Source of the DNA: an uncultured Acidimicrobiaceae bacterium
GTDB taxonomy: Bacteria; Actinomycetota; Acidimicrobiia; Acidimicrobiales; RAAP-2
DNA: 64,000 nt
Direction: 5' to 3'
Assembly (NCBI GenBank): GCA_963756025.1
Contig: CAVWMF010000007.1
Coordinates: 102,612 to 166,611, forward strand
Both the position numbers and the translations under genes were made by a program. Every line of letters starts with the position of its first letter. Positions within the stretch are counted from its first letter, which is position 1. The notes under the pieces are model-generated. The model did no database searches and was not told the DNA's origin. It worked only from the letters and a program-made list of their open reading frames with translations. Below, one piece after another: positions 27,007-35,840 of the stretch.

Positions 27007-28530
27007 TCATTGTGTATTGATCCAGACGGACTTGGTATTGAGGAAACCCTCCAGCGATTCTGCCCCCGCCTCCTTGCCCCAACCACTCGTTTTGTAACCA
27101 CCAAACGGAACGCCGGGGTCGAGCGTGTTGTAGGTGTTGACCCACACCGTGCCCGCCTGCAGGGCCTCTGCCATTCGGTGGGCCTTGCCGATGTCACGCG
27201 TCCACACGCCGCCGGCCAAGCCGAAACTGGTGGCGTTCGCCCGCGCCACGACCTCGTCGAAGGAGTCGAAAGGCAGGATGGCCGCCACCGGGCCGAAGAT
27301 CTCTTCGCGTGCGATGCGCATGGAGTCCCGGACGTCGGCGAACACCGTCGGCTCCATGAAATACCCTTGCGCCAGATCCCCCTCGACGACCCTCCCGCCT
27401 CCGGCGACGAGCCGGGCACCCTCGTCCTGCCCGCTCTCGACAAAGCCGATCACGCGGCCAAGGTGCTTCTCCGTAATGACCGGGCCGTGGGTGGTCTCGG
27501 GGTCGAGACTATTCCCCACTTTCAGTGCACCCGCCGACTCGGCCAACCGTCGGACCACCTCCTCGTAGACGGGACGCTCGACGAAGAGGCGCGTGCCGTT
27601 GGAGCAGCCCTGGCCAGAGTTGGCGAACACCATGAGGGCCGCCGTCGCCACGGCCCGATCGATATCGCTGTCGGCGAAAATGATGTGCGGCGACTTGCCG
27701 CCCAGTTCGAGGGTGAGCCTCTTCATATTGCCGGCAGCCAGACGGATGAGCTCCTGCCCCACCGTGGTGGACCCGGTGAACACGATGCTGTCGACATCAG
27801 GGCTCTCGGCGATGGCGATCCCTGCTTTCGGTCCACCGGTGACGAGGTTGAGGACCCCCTCGGGCAAGCCGGCCTCGAGGCACAGTTCGGCGGTCCGAAG
27901 AATGGTCAGGCTGGCATCGTCGGCCGGCTTGACCACCATTGTGCAGCCCGTCGCGATGATGGCCCCGAGCTTCTTGATGAACTGTGTGAACGGGCTGTTG
28001 TACGGAATATAGGCCCCCACCACTCCGATCGGCTCCTTGCGGGTATAAGTGAACATTCCGGGCACCGAATTCGGCAGGGTCTCACCGCCGATCTTCGTGG
28101 CCCACCCGGCCATATACCTGATCATGTCCGTGATGCCTTCCGCACCGAAGCGTGGATCCGGCCCCACCGGCGTACCCATGTCGACTGCGGTGAGTACCTT
28201 GAGTTCGGCGTAGTTCGCCTCGAGGACGTCAGCGATCCTCCAGAGAAGTCGCTGCCGGGCTGCAGGGGACGTCGTGCGCCACGAGCCTTCGAAGGTCGCC
28301 CGGGCCGCTCCAACGGCGAGCGAGACGTCGTCGGCGTCAGCGTCTGCAACGTCGGCAATCACCTGGCCCGTTGAGGGATTTCGACTTTGCATCGTCCGAC
28401 CCGAAGCTGCCTCCACCCACCGATCGCCGATGAGCAACTTCTTCGGGCCGCCCCCGAGAAACGAAAGATCTGCAGTAGATGAAGTGGTAACTGAGGCCAT
28501 CATGACTCCCTTGGACGAAGCTCCTGTCAC
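27007..28530 (-). CDS. NAD(P)-dependent aldehyde dehydrogenase
   Basis: 507 aa. Motifs: ELGGKSP (catalytic Glu) and FANSGQGCSNGTRLFV (Cys nucleophile). Confidence 0.9.
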   Translation of the reverse strand: MTGASSKGVMMASVTTSSTADLSFLGGGPKKLLIGDRWVEAASGRTMQSRNPSTGQVIADVADADADDVSLAVGAARATFEGSWRTTSPAARQRLLWRIADVLEANYAELKVLTAVDMGTPVGPDPRFGAEGITDMIRYMAGWATKIGGETLPNSVPGMFTYTRKEPIGVVGAYIPYNSPFTQFIKKLGAIIATGCTMVVKPADDASLTILRTAELCLEAGLPEGVLNLVTGGPKAGIAIAESPDVDSIVFTGSTTVGQELIRLAAGNMKRLTLELGGKSPHIIFADSDIDRAVATAALMVFANSGQGCSNGTRLFVERPVYEEVVRRLAESAGALKVGNSLDPETTHGPVITEKHLGRVIGFVESGQDEGARLVAGGGRVVEGDLAQGYFMEPTVFADVRDSMRIAREEIFGPVAAILPFDSFDEVVARANATSFGLAGGVWTRDIGKAHRMAEALQAGTVWVNTYNTLDPGVPFGGYKTSGWGKEAGAESLEGFLNTKSVWINTQ

Positions 28531-28636
28531 ACGCCCGTCCCGTGCGCAAGGTTCCCGCGCGTGCTGGACGCCACATTCTCGGCGAGAATTCTCGGATTTG
28601 CAACTACCTTCTCAAACGAGGCCGACGACGGTTCGT

Positions 28637-29914
28637 TCAGCCGAAGACGACAGGCACCCCATTCACGCCTCGATGCTCCAGACCGATGATCCGCGCCGCA
28701 GGAGCATCCGCATCGAACCGGAGGTTCGGCAGGCGGTCGAGGACGGCGTTCATGGCGACGGTCATCTCGGCTCGGGCGACATGCATCCCGAGGCAGACGT
28801 GTGGTCCGCTGATAAATGCCAGATTGGGCTCTACTTTGCGGTACGGATCGAAGCGATCAGGGTCCTCCCACCGCTCCGGGTCCCGGTTGGCGGCTCCCAT
28901 GTTCAGTTCGATCACCGACCCGGCCGGGATCTGCACACCGCAGAGGTCGGCGTCGCGCACGACGAGGCGGCGAATGATCGTTGCCGTGGGCTCCCATCGG
29001 AGGACTTCTTCGATGGCTCCTTTCAGGAGCTGCCGGTCACGGCGGACGGCGTCGAGGAGATCGGGCTGCCGGAGCAGCGCGACGAGCAGGATACCGAGTT
29101 GGCGCCAGGTCGTCCCCGAACCGGCGGTGAGGATGAGCCGGGCGAACCCGTAGATTTCGTCGTCCGTAAGGAAGTGGCGCCGGCCATCCTCCTCGATCTC
29201 GCTCTGGACGAGCATCGTGATGACATCGTCGCGGGGCTCGGCTCGCCGCTCCTCGATCACCCGCTTGAGCATGGCGGTGGTCCTCTCCGCCCGATCCTTG
29301 AGCGTATCGGCCCCCTCCTCCGCGCTGTAGGCCATGCCACCCTCTGCACCCTCTCGAAAGTCGAGGGCCTCGTCACGCGTCAACCCGAAGCTCGACGTGA
29401 TCGTCTGCAACGGTATCCGCGAACAGTATTCAGCATTGAGCTCGGCATTCCCCCGCCCCTCGAAGCCGGACATCGCCTCATCGACCAGCCACTGGATCCA
29501 CTTGTCGATCCACCACTGTGCCCGCTTCGGCGTGAACGCCGGTTGCGCCAGCGCCCGATACCGCCGATGCTCGGCTCCCACCATCTCGAGCATGCTCTTG
29601 CCCATTGTCTTTGTCGTCATCCCGGCGTAGAAGGTGGACGAGAAGACTTCGTTGTCGCGGAATGCGATGTCATTCGCTTGGAAGCTGAACGCTGAGTAGA
29701 CCGGCCGGTTGTGCACCCCACCGAGGCCACCCGGCGCGTCGTAGCCCATGAGCTCTCGAACGGTGCCCCGGTGCACGGGCGAAGCGTCCCGCAATTCCGC
29801 CCACACCGGATAAGGGTCCTCGACGAGGATTCCGCCATCGGTCGCCATGACGTGGCGCTCGACGTCATAGAGCTCCTTGAACCGATCGGCATGCGACTTG
29901 CTCTCAATTGCCAC
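28637..29914 (-). CDS. cytochrome P450 (atypical I-helix TAGSGTTW)
   Basis: 425 aa. EXXR (EEVLRW), heme loop FISGPHVCLGMHVARAE. Paralogue of 31218..32486 and 55517..56767. Confidence 0.9.
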   Translation of the reverse strand: MAIESKSHADRFKELYDVERHVMATDGGILVEDPYPVWAELRDASPVHRGTVRELMGYDAPGGLGGVHNRPVYSAFSFQANDIAFRDNEVFSSTFYAGMTTKTMGKSMLEMVGAEHRRYRALAQPAFTPKRAQWWIDKWIQWLVDEAMSGFEGRGNAELNAEYCSRIPLQTITSSFGLTRDEALDFREGAEGGMAYSAEEGADTLKDRAERTTAMLKRVIEERRAEPRDDVITMLVQSEIEEDGRRHFLTDDEIYGFARLILTAGSGTTWRQLGILLVALLRQPDLLDAVRRDRQLLKGAIEEVLRWEPTATIIRRLVVRDADLCGVQIPAGSVIELNMGAANRDPERWEDPDRFDPYRKVEPNLAFISGPHVCLGMHVARAEMTVAMNAVLDRLPNLRFDADAPAARIIGLEHRGVNGVPVVFG

Positions 29915-29955
29915 TCGAGATCCTTCCTGTTCTCACGATTCTGAGGTTACGACGA

Positions 29956-31227
29956 TCACGAGGACCGGTCATTCGACCGATCACCGCCACCGATCGAAAG
30001 TAACGACCGGTCCAGATCCGACACCCTGGCGCACCCGAGGAGGGACATTGTCCGGATGACGTCAGCCCGCAACCAGTCGAGGACGCGATCGACGCCGCGC
30101 TCCCCCGCCGCACCCAGTCCGTACAGGTAGGCACGGCCGGCCATGGCCGCGGTCGCACCGGCTGCCACCGCCTTCACTATGTCGCTCCCGCGGCGGACTC
30201 CTCCGTCACAGATGATCTCCGTCGTGCCCCCGACAGCATCGGCCACCGGTGCCACCAAACCCAGGGTGGCGGGCGCTCCGTCGAGCTGGCGCCCCCCATG
30301 GTTGGACAGCGCGATGGCCTCGACACCGATGTCGGCCGCCAGCCGGGCGTCGTCAACGGTCTGGATCCCCTTGAGGACGATTGGACCATCCCATATATTC
30401 CTGAGCCAGTCGACGTCGTCCCAGGACAAACTCGGATCGAACTGGGCGTTGATGTAGTCCGACAAATTCACCGGCGAGCTTCCATCGCCCACGTCCTTGC
30501 CGAGGACGTTGGCGAAGCGGATCGGCTCGCTACGCAGAAATTCCCAGGTCCAGCCCGGATGAAGCGCTCCATCCACGATGGTGCGAAGGCCGACCGTCGG
30601 CGGAAGAGAGAAGCCCCGACGAGCGTCGCGTTCCCGGCGTCCGAACACTGCCGTGTCAACGGTGAGCATCAGGGCCTCGTACCGGCACGCGGCGGCGCGC
30701 TGGATCATTTCCTTGACGAGGCCACGGTCCCGCCAGGCGTAGACCTGGAACCACAACCGTCCTTCGCTGACGCTCCTGACCTCTTCGATGGAGCGGGTGC
30801 TCAGGGTCGACAACGTGTAGGGAAGTCCAGCCCGTTCGGCGGCGGCGGCAACCGCGAGCTCGCCCGCCGGATTGGCGATGCGCGTAAAGCCCGTCGGCGC
30901 CAGAACCAGCGGAAAGGCGAGCTCGCCTCCGAGGAGCGTCGACGTCGGGACGACCTCACTGAGGCCGCGCAACACTCGTGGCTTGAACATGACGGCCTCA
31001 AAGGCTTCCCGGTTCGCGGCAAGGGTCACCTCGCCCTCCGCCGCACCATCGATATAGTCGAATACCCCCCCGGGCAATCTCCTTTTGGACAGACGTCGTA
31101 GATCGTCGACCGAGGCCGCATGGGCCAGTCGACGACTGACCGGATCAGTCTCGAAGCGGCCGAAACGAACGACGGACCGAAACGTCTGAAGGGGGTTCGA
31201 CCGTGCCGGTCCTGTTCTCAGCCCCAT
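29956..31227 (-). CDS. FMN-dependent alpha-hydroxy-acid dehydrogenase/oxidase, LldD1/MftD-like
   Basis: 423 aa. Motifs: DDLRRLSKRRLPGGVFDYIDGAAEGE, WFQVYAWRDR, FDPSLSWDDVDWL, LSNHGGRQLD. The N-terminal extension and overall pattern recall the MftD (Rv0694-type) branch. The start is uncertain because of a 10-nt overlap with the upstream P450. Confidence 0.85.
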   Translation of the reverse strand: MGLRTGPARSNPLQTFRSVVRFGRFETDPVSRRLAHAASVDDLRRLSKRRLPGGVFDYIDGAAEGEVTLAANREAFEAVMFKPRVLRGLSEVVPTSTLLGGELAFPLVLAPTGFTRIANPAGELAVAAAAERAGLPYTLSTLSTRSIEEVRSVSEGRLWFQVYAWRDRGLVKEMIQRAAACRYEALMLTVDTAVFGRRERDARRGFSLPPTVGLRTIVDGALHPGWTWEFLRSEPIRFANVLGKDVGDGSSPVNLSDYINAQFDPSLSWDDVDWLRNIWDGPIVLKGIQTVDDARLAADIGVEAIALSNHGGRQLDGAPATLGLVAPVADAVGGTTEIICDGGVRRGSDIVKAVAAGATAAMAGRAYLYGLGAAGERGVDRVLDWLRADVIRTMSLLGCARVSDLDRSLLSIGGGDRSNDRSS

Positions 31228-32486
31228 AGAACGGGAACATGCGAAGGCCCACGCTCGTAGAGACCGATGATCGACGGTGGTTCGGCGTCGGGATCGAGCC
31301 GCAGATTCGGCAACCGATCAATGAGCGCGTTGATCGCAGTGGTCAGTTCGGCCCGGGCGACATGCATCCCGAGACAGATATGGGAGCCTGAGGCAAAAGC
31401 AAGTGACGATTGTGGACGCCGGTGGATGTCGTAGTCGTCCGGGTGGTCCCAGCGGGCCGGGTCCCGATTGGCGGCACCGATACAAAGGTGCACCGCCGCC
31501 CCCGCCGGAATGTCGACGCCGGCGATCGTGGTCTCTTCAGCGGCCCATCGGGTGAACATCGGATCCGTGACGTTCCACCGCAGAGACTCGTCGATGACGC
31601 TCCGAAGGAGCGACCTGTCCTGCCGGACCTCGTCCAGAACGCCCGGAGTCGAAAGCAAGGCCACGAGCGTGATACCCATTTGCTTCCAGGTGGTCCCAGA
31701 ACCTCCGGCCAGCAGGAGGTTGGAGAAACCCATGATCTCGTCGTCGCTGAGCCGATGAGGGGAACCGTCCTCATCCTTCACTTCCGAGTGGCACAACACG
31801 CTGATGAGGTCATCTTTCGGATGCTCCCGGCGGGAGGCGATGATCGGAATGATGAACTCGTCGAGCGGACGCCCGTTGTCCATGCCTTCGACGGCGGCCC
31901 GCACTTCGAGGGCTTCGCCGATGGTGAGCCCGAAACTCCCGGTGATCGTCAGCATCGGAATGGCGGCGTCGAAGTCCACATTGAGCTCGGCCCGCCCGTC
32001 TGCTTCAAAGCCGTCAATGAGGGAGTGCACCGTTGTCGTGATCCAGTTCTCCATCCACCATTTGGCCTTTGCCGGTACGAACGCCGGCTGTACCAACGCT
32101 CTGTAGCGCCGGTGCTCCATCCCATTCATGTACAGCATGCTGGAGTCGATCCCGCTGCCTGCCTCCCGGAGGACTCCGGGCGGTGACGAGAGAAAGAGGG
32201 CCTCGTTGCGGTAGACGGCGTCGCACTCGGCATAGGAGAAGACCGAAAAGTGCGGCCGGCCCGGATCCGGAACACCGTGAAAGCTGGCGGTCCCCTTGAA
32301 TCCGATCAGCTCGTGCATGGTCCCTTCGTGGACCGGTCCAGACTCTCGAAGGCGGTGCATCGGTGCGTAGAGGTCATCCGTATAGGCGACATATCGCCCG
32401 CCATCGACGCGGAGACGAAGGTCGAAGAGCTCCCGAATCTTCTCACGGTCCAAGTCAAGGCTCGTCATGTCGTGCGCTCTCCTCAT
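31218..32486 (-). CDS. cytochrome P450 (atypical I-helix AGGSGTTW)
   Basis: 422 aa. EXXR (DESLRW), heme loop FASGSHICLGMHVARAE. Confidence 0.9.
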   Translation of the reverse strand: MRRAHDMTSLDLDREKIRELFDLRLRVDGGRYVAYTDDLYAPMHRLRESGPVHEGTMHELIGFKGTASFHGVPDPGRPHFSVFSYAECDAVYRNEALFLSSPPGVLREAGSGIDSSMLYMNGMEHRRYRALVQPAFVPAKAKWWMENWITTTVHSLIDGFEADGRAELNVDFDAAIPMLTITGSFGLTIGEALEVRAAVEGMDNGRPLDEFIIPIIASRREHPKDDLISVLCHSEVKDEDGSPHRLSDDEIMGFSNLLLAGGSGTTWKQMGITLVALLSTPGVLDEVRQDRSLLRSVIDESLRWNVTDPMFTRWAAEETTIAGVDIPAGAAVHLCIGAANRDPARWDHPDDYDIHRRPQSSLAFASGSHICLGMHVARAELTTAINALIDRLPNLRLDPDAEPPSIIGLYERGPSHVPVLWG

Positions 32487-32550
32487 CTAGGAATTGCAAA
32501 GCAATTGGCCGCATTGAACGCTGCGCCAGCGCGTATCGCTGGGACGTGAC

Positions 32551-33387
32551 TCAGGGGCAGGTGACCCCGGAGTCGACGGGCAGCGTGATGCCCGTGATGG
32601 CACGAGCCTCGTCGGATACGAGAAACAAGATGGCGTCGCTGACGTCTTTGGGGTCGAGCAGCGTAATGGGGAGGAGCCGAGGAGAGATCTCCAGCACATC
32701 GGAATGGTCGGCGTGATACTTCTGGAACTGTTCGTTGACGACCATGGGGGTCGCCACGCCCATGGGGTGAACGCTGTTCACCCTGATGTTATGACGACCG
32801 AGGAGCTTGGCGTAACCCCTCATGAGGCCGACGACGCCATGCTTGGCCGCACAATAGGCTGCGATTCCGCCGGTCCCGTCGTGCATACCACTCAGACCCG
32901 CGGTCGAGCTGGTGATCACGATGCACCCTCCCTGGCGCTGGTCGATCAACGGTTGCTGCACCACGCGAATAGTGTTGTAGACGCCGGTGAGCATGACGCC
33001 AAGGGCATCGGTCCACCGCAGGGCGGATTCGTCCAGCGTCTCCCCCCCACCCGAGATGTGAAGAATTCCCGCATTGGCGAGAACAATGTCAAGCCGGCCG
33101 AATTCCGCCATCGTTTCCTGCACAGCGGTTTCCATGGCATGGATGTCGCGCACGTCCGCAACGATCGGCAGGCAGCGGCGACCGGCTTTTTCCACCAACC
33201 TCACCGTCTCGTTCAGATCCTCCTTGGTGGACATCGGGTAGGAGATCGAGTCGATCTGCTCAGCGATGTCAAGGGCCACGATGTCGGCGCCTTCCCGCGC
33301 CAGGACCTCGGCATGGGAGCGACCCTGGCCTCTCGCAGCTCCGGTGATGAATGCCACCTTGCCTCGGACTCGACCAGTGTCGCCCAT
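32551..33387 (-). CDS. mycofactocin-coupled-type SDR family oxidoreductase
   Basis: Track ORF runs to 33417. ATG 33387 gives MGDTGRVRGKVAFITGAARGQGRSHA with the insertion 'DIAEQIDSISYPMSTKEDLNET'. It shares a C-terminal GVTCP with 26116..26952. Confidence 0.85.
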   Translation of the reverse strand: MGDTGRVRGKVAFITGAARGQGRSHAEVLAREGADIVALDIAEQIDSISYPMSTKEDLNETVRLVEKAGRRCLPIVADVRDIHAMETAVQETMAEFGRLDIVLANAGILHISGGGETLDESALRWTDALGVMLTGVYNTIRVVQQPLIDQRQGGCIVITSSTAGLSGMHDGTGGIAAYCAAKHGVVGLMRGYAKLLGRHNIRVNSVHPMGVATPMVVNEQFQKYHADHSDVLEISPRLLPITLLDPKDVSDAILFLVSDEARAITGITLPVDSGVTCP

Positions 33388-33565
33388 CTCTCTGTGTCCT
33401 TTCGCTTCACGAGCCACCCGACGGGCATCTCGTCGATCTCAGCGGGCAACCCCGGGAATCCACTGCTCGCCTCGGCAATCGAAAATTGCTTTCCAAATGT
33501 TAGGGCAAAGTTGGAATCAGGTCCAGCAGCTCCGATAAGGGCTGGTCGTGAGTATTCTCCATTCC

Positions 33566-34153
33566 ATGAAGATCGGCGTGGTCTCCGACATCCACTGCAA
33601 TGCGCACGCGTTGGCCGTGGCTCTGCGCAGGCTCGAGGGCCAGGTCGACGAAGTCTTTGTTGCCGGCGATGCCATCTACGAATACCGGTTCTCGAGCGAG
33701 GTCATCGGGATGATCCGGCGGGGGGGCTTTCCCTATGTCCTCGGCAACCACGAGATGGGGATGCTGGCTCCAGGCGGTGAGCGGGCGCGGCTCGCTCCCG
33801 GAGTGGATGCCGACGATGTCCGGTTCGTCTCTGAGCGCCCGTCCAGCGTCGAATGCCATATCGGAGGGCGATCGATCACCATGGTCCACGCAAGCCCGTG
33901 GCCCCCCTATGACCGCTACCTCAGCGAATACGACCCGGAATGGAATCGCTGCGAAGAGCTCGGTGCGGACTTTCTGATTACCGGTCACACCCACGTTCCG
34001 ATGGTGAAGAGAGTTGGCCGGACGGTCATCATCAACCCGGGATCGCTGGGCGAATCCCACGATGCAGGAACGGGACCCGCACTTTCCTATGCCGTGGTCG
34101 ATCTATCGTCGGACGAAGTCGAGATAGTGCGGATCCCCGACCCTCAATTCTAG
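33566..34153 (+). CDS. metallophosphoesterase family protein (YfcE/MJ0936-like)
   Basis: ATG 33566 gives MKIGVVSDIHCN. Further motifs: VAGDAIYE, LGNHE, ITGHTHVP. Confidence 0.8.
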   Translation: MKIGVVSDIHCNAHALAVALRRLEGQVDEVFVAGDAIYEYRFSSEVIGMIRRGGFPYVLGNHEMGMLAPGGERARLAPGVDADDVRFVSERPSSVECHIGGRSITMVHASPWPPYDRYLSEYDPEWNRCEELGADFLITGHTHVPMVKRVGRTVIINPGSLGESHDAGTGPALSYAVVDLSSDEVEIVRIPDPQF

Positions 34154-34262
34154 GATGGGTCCGGACATTTCATCCAGCGTCGCTCCGCATTTGCCGTTGG
34201 GCCATTTGCTGTCGCACAGTTTAGTGTCGCATCACGCCGCCGCCGCCAACGAGGAGTAGGGC

Positions 34263-34889
34263 TTGCGCAAGTCCACAGACACCACGCCAGTGGGCCGACC
34301 CCGCCGATTCGACGACGAGACCGAACGTCGCCTCTTGATCGAGGCCGCGATCCGCGTCATGGAGCGCAACGACTACTCCGACATGTCGGTCGGCGAGATT
34401 CTGGCCGAAGCAGGCCTGTCCACCCGGGCCTTCTATCGCCATTACGATTCGAAGGAAGCGTTGCTGGAAACCTTCCTGCTCCATGAAGCCGAGTCGGTGG
34501 GTCGCTCCCTCGGACGCGTGGTGGCCGCCGCGCCAGACCCTGCCGCTGCCGTCGAAGCCTGGCTCGACCGTTTCCTCGACGTCTTCTTCGTGCCACGACG
34601 GGCACGGCGGGCAGCCATGCTGGCTGCCGCCGCCACGCGCTCGTCCGGCCCGAGCGCTGAGATGATGATCCGACTGCGCGAAATCGCCTGCCGACCGCTT
34701 GTCGCAGCACTGCGCGCGGGAAACGACGTTGGCCTCCTTTACTCCCCCAGGCCTGACGCCGACGCGTACAGCATTCACGATCTGGTGGTGGCAAGTATGC
34801 ACGCGAGTGGTTCTGGAGATCTCGATCGCACGGAAACCAGAGCGCATGTCGTCCGCTATGCCTGGCCGGCGCTCCGCCTGACGCCGTAA
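34263..34889 (+). CDS. TetR/AcrR family transcriptional regulator
   Basis: 208 aa with a TTG start. The HTH region is 'YSDMSVGEILAEAGLSTRAFYRHYDSKEALL'. Confidence 0.85.
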   Translation: MRKSTDTTPVGRPRRFDDETERRLLIEAAIRVMERNDYSDMSVGEILAEAGLSTRAFYRHYDSKEALLETFLLHEAESVGRSLGRVVAAAPDPAAAVEAWLDRFLDVFFVPRRARRAAMLAAAATRSSGPSAEMMIRLREIACRPLVAALRAGNDVGLLYSPRPDADAYSIHDLVVASMHASGSGDLDRTETRAHVVRYAWPALRLTP

Positions 34890-34951
34890 CATCGCCGGCC
34901 GGATCCGGACGTCGGATCAAATGATTCCAACGTGGCTCGAGAGGGGAAACC

Positions 34952-35749
34952 GTGAAGCAGTTGTTCGGCCTGGATGGTGAACGAGCCCTGGTGGTCGGGG
35001 GCGGCTACGGAAGTGGATATCTGCTCTCGCAGCTCCTGGTGGAGGCCGGGGCCTCGGTCGCCATCGCCGACATCAACGGCGACCGGGCCCGGAGCGCCGC
35101 GACCCGGATCGGCGGACACGCCATCGTGGCCGACGTCACCACCGAAGCCGGCGCCAATGCAGCCGTGGACGAGGCCCACGCCCTTCTCGGTGGCCTGACC
35201 CGCGTCGCCAACATCGTCGGGCTCGTCGACCCTCGACCGTTCCTCGACAGCGATACGGAGCATTGGGAGGCACAACTGCGGATGAACCTCTGGTCGCAAT
35301 GGTTCGTCTGTCACGCCGCCGGTCGCCACATGGTCGCCGAGGGGGGCGGGGCCATCGCCATGGTGGCGTCGGTCAGTGGGCTCTACGGCGCACGGAACCA
35401 GGCAGCATACGGGGCGGCCAAAGCGGGTGTCATGTCGCTCGCACGTACGCTCGCCGATGAGTGGGGTCCGCACGGCGTCCGCATAAACTGCATTGCACCT
35501 GACATCACCGCGGTGCCGCGCCTCGTTGAGAACATGCCCGAACCGGAGGACGAGGCTCTCGCTCGCTTCGATGCCATGGCGGTCAGCGAGGGTGTCCCGT
35601 TGCGACGGTTCGGCCGCACCCACGAGCTCGCCGGACCGCTCCTGTTCCTGCTCTCGGACATGTCATCGTTCATGACAGGTCAGACCCTTGTCGTCGATGG
35701 CGGAACAATCGTGCACTTTCCGCATCGGACATCCGCTGACTCCCCCTGA
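34952..35749 (+). CDS. SDR family oxidoreductase
   Basis: 265 aa. Motifs: ALVVGGGYGSG (atypical Gly motif), YGAAKAGV, VRINCIAPD. Confidence 0.85.
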   Translation: MKQLFGLDGERALVVGGGYGSGYLLSQLLVEAGASVAIADINGDRARSAATRIGGHAIVADVTTEAGANAAVDEAHALLGGLTRVANIVGLVDPRPFLDSDTEHWEAQLRMNLWSQWFVCHAAGRHMVAEGGGAIAMVASVSGLYGARNQAAYGAAKAGVMSLARTLADEWGPHGVRINCIAPDITAVPRLVENMPEPEDEALARFDAMAVSEGVPLRRFGRTHELAGPLLFLLSDMSSFMTGQTLVVDGGTIVHFPHRTSADSP

Positions 35750-35840
35750 ATCGTAAGGGCGGGCAATGGACGCGACGTAACGTGGCCGGCGCACGAAGAG
35801 GGAGCGGGCAACGGGACACCCGACATGGCAGAGTGGCGCT

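Noticed and set aside
26116-33417. Search for mycofactocin biosynthesis genes (mftA peptide ending ...GVY, radical-SAM mftC, mftB/E/F) near the mycofactocin-type SDRs
   Set aside because: No small ORF with the MftA C-terminal signature was seen in any frame of the track. No radical-SAM (CxxxCxxC) protein was seen either. Only the MftD-like FMN enzyme is present.
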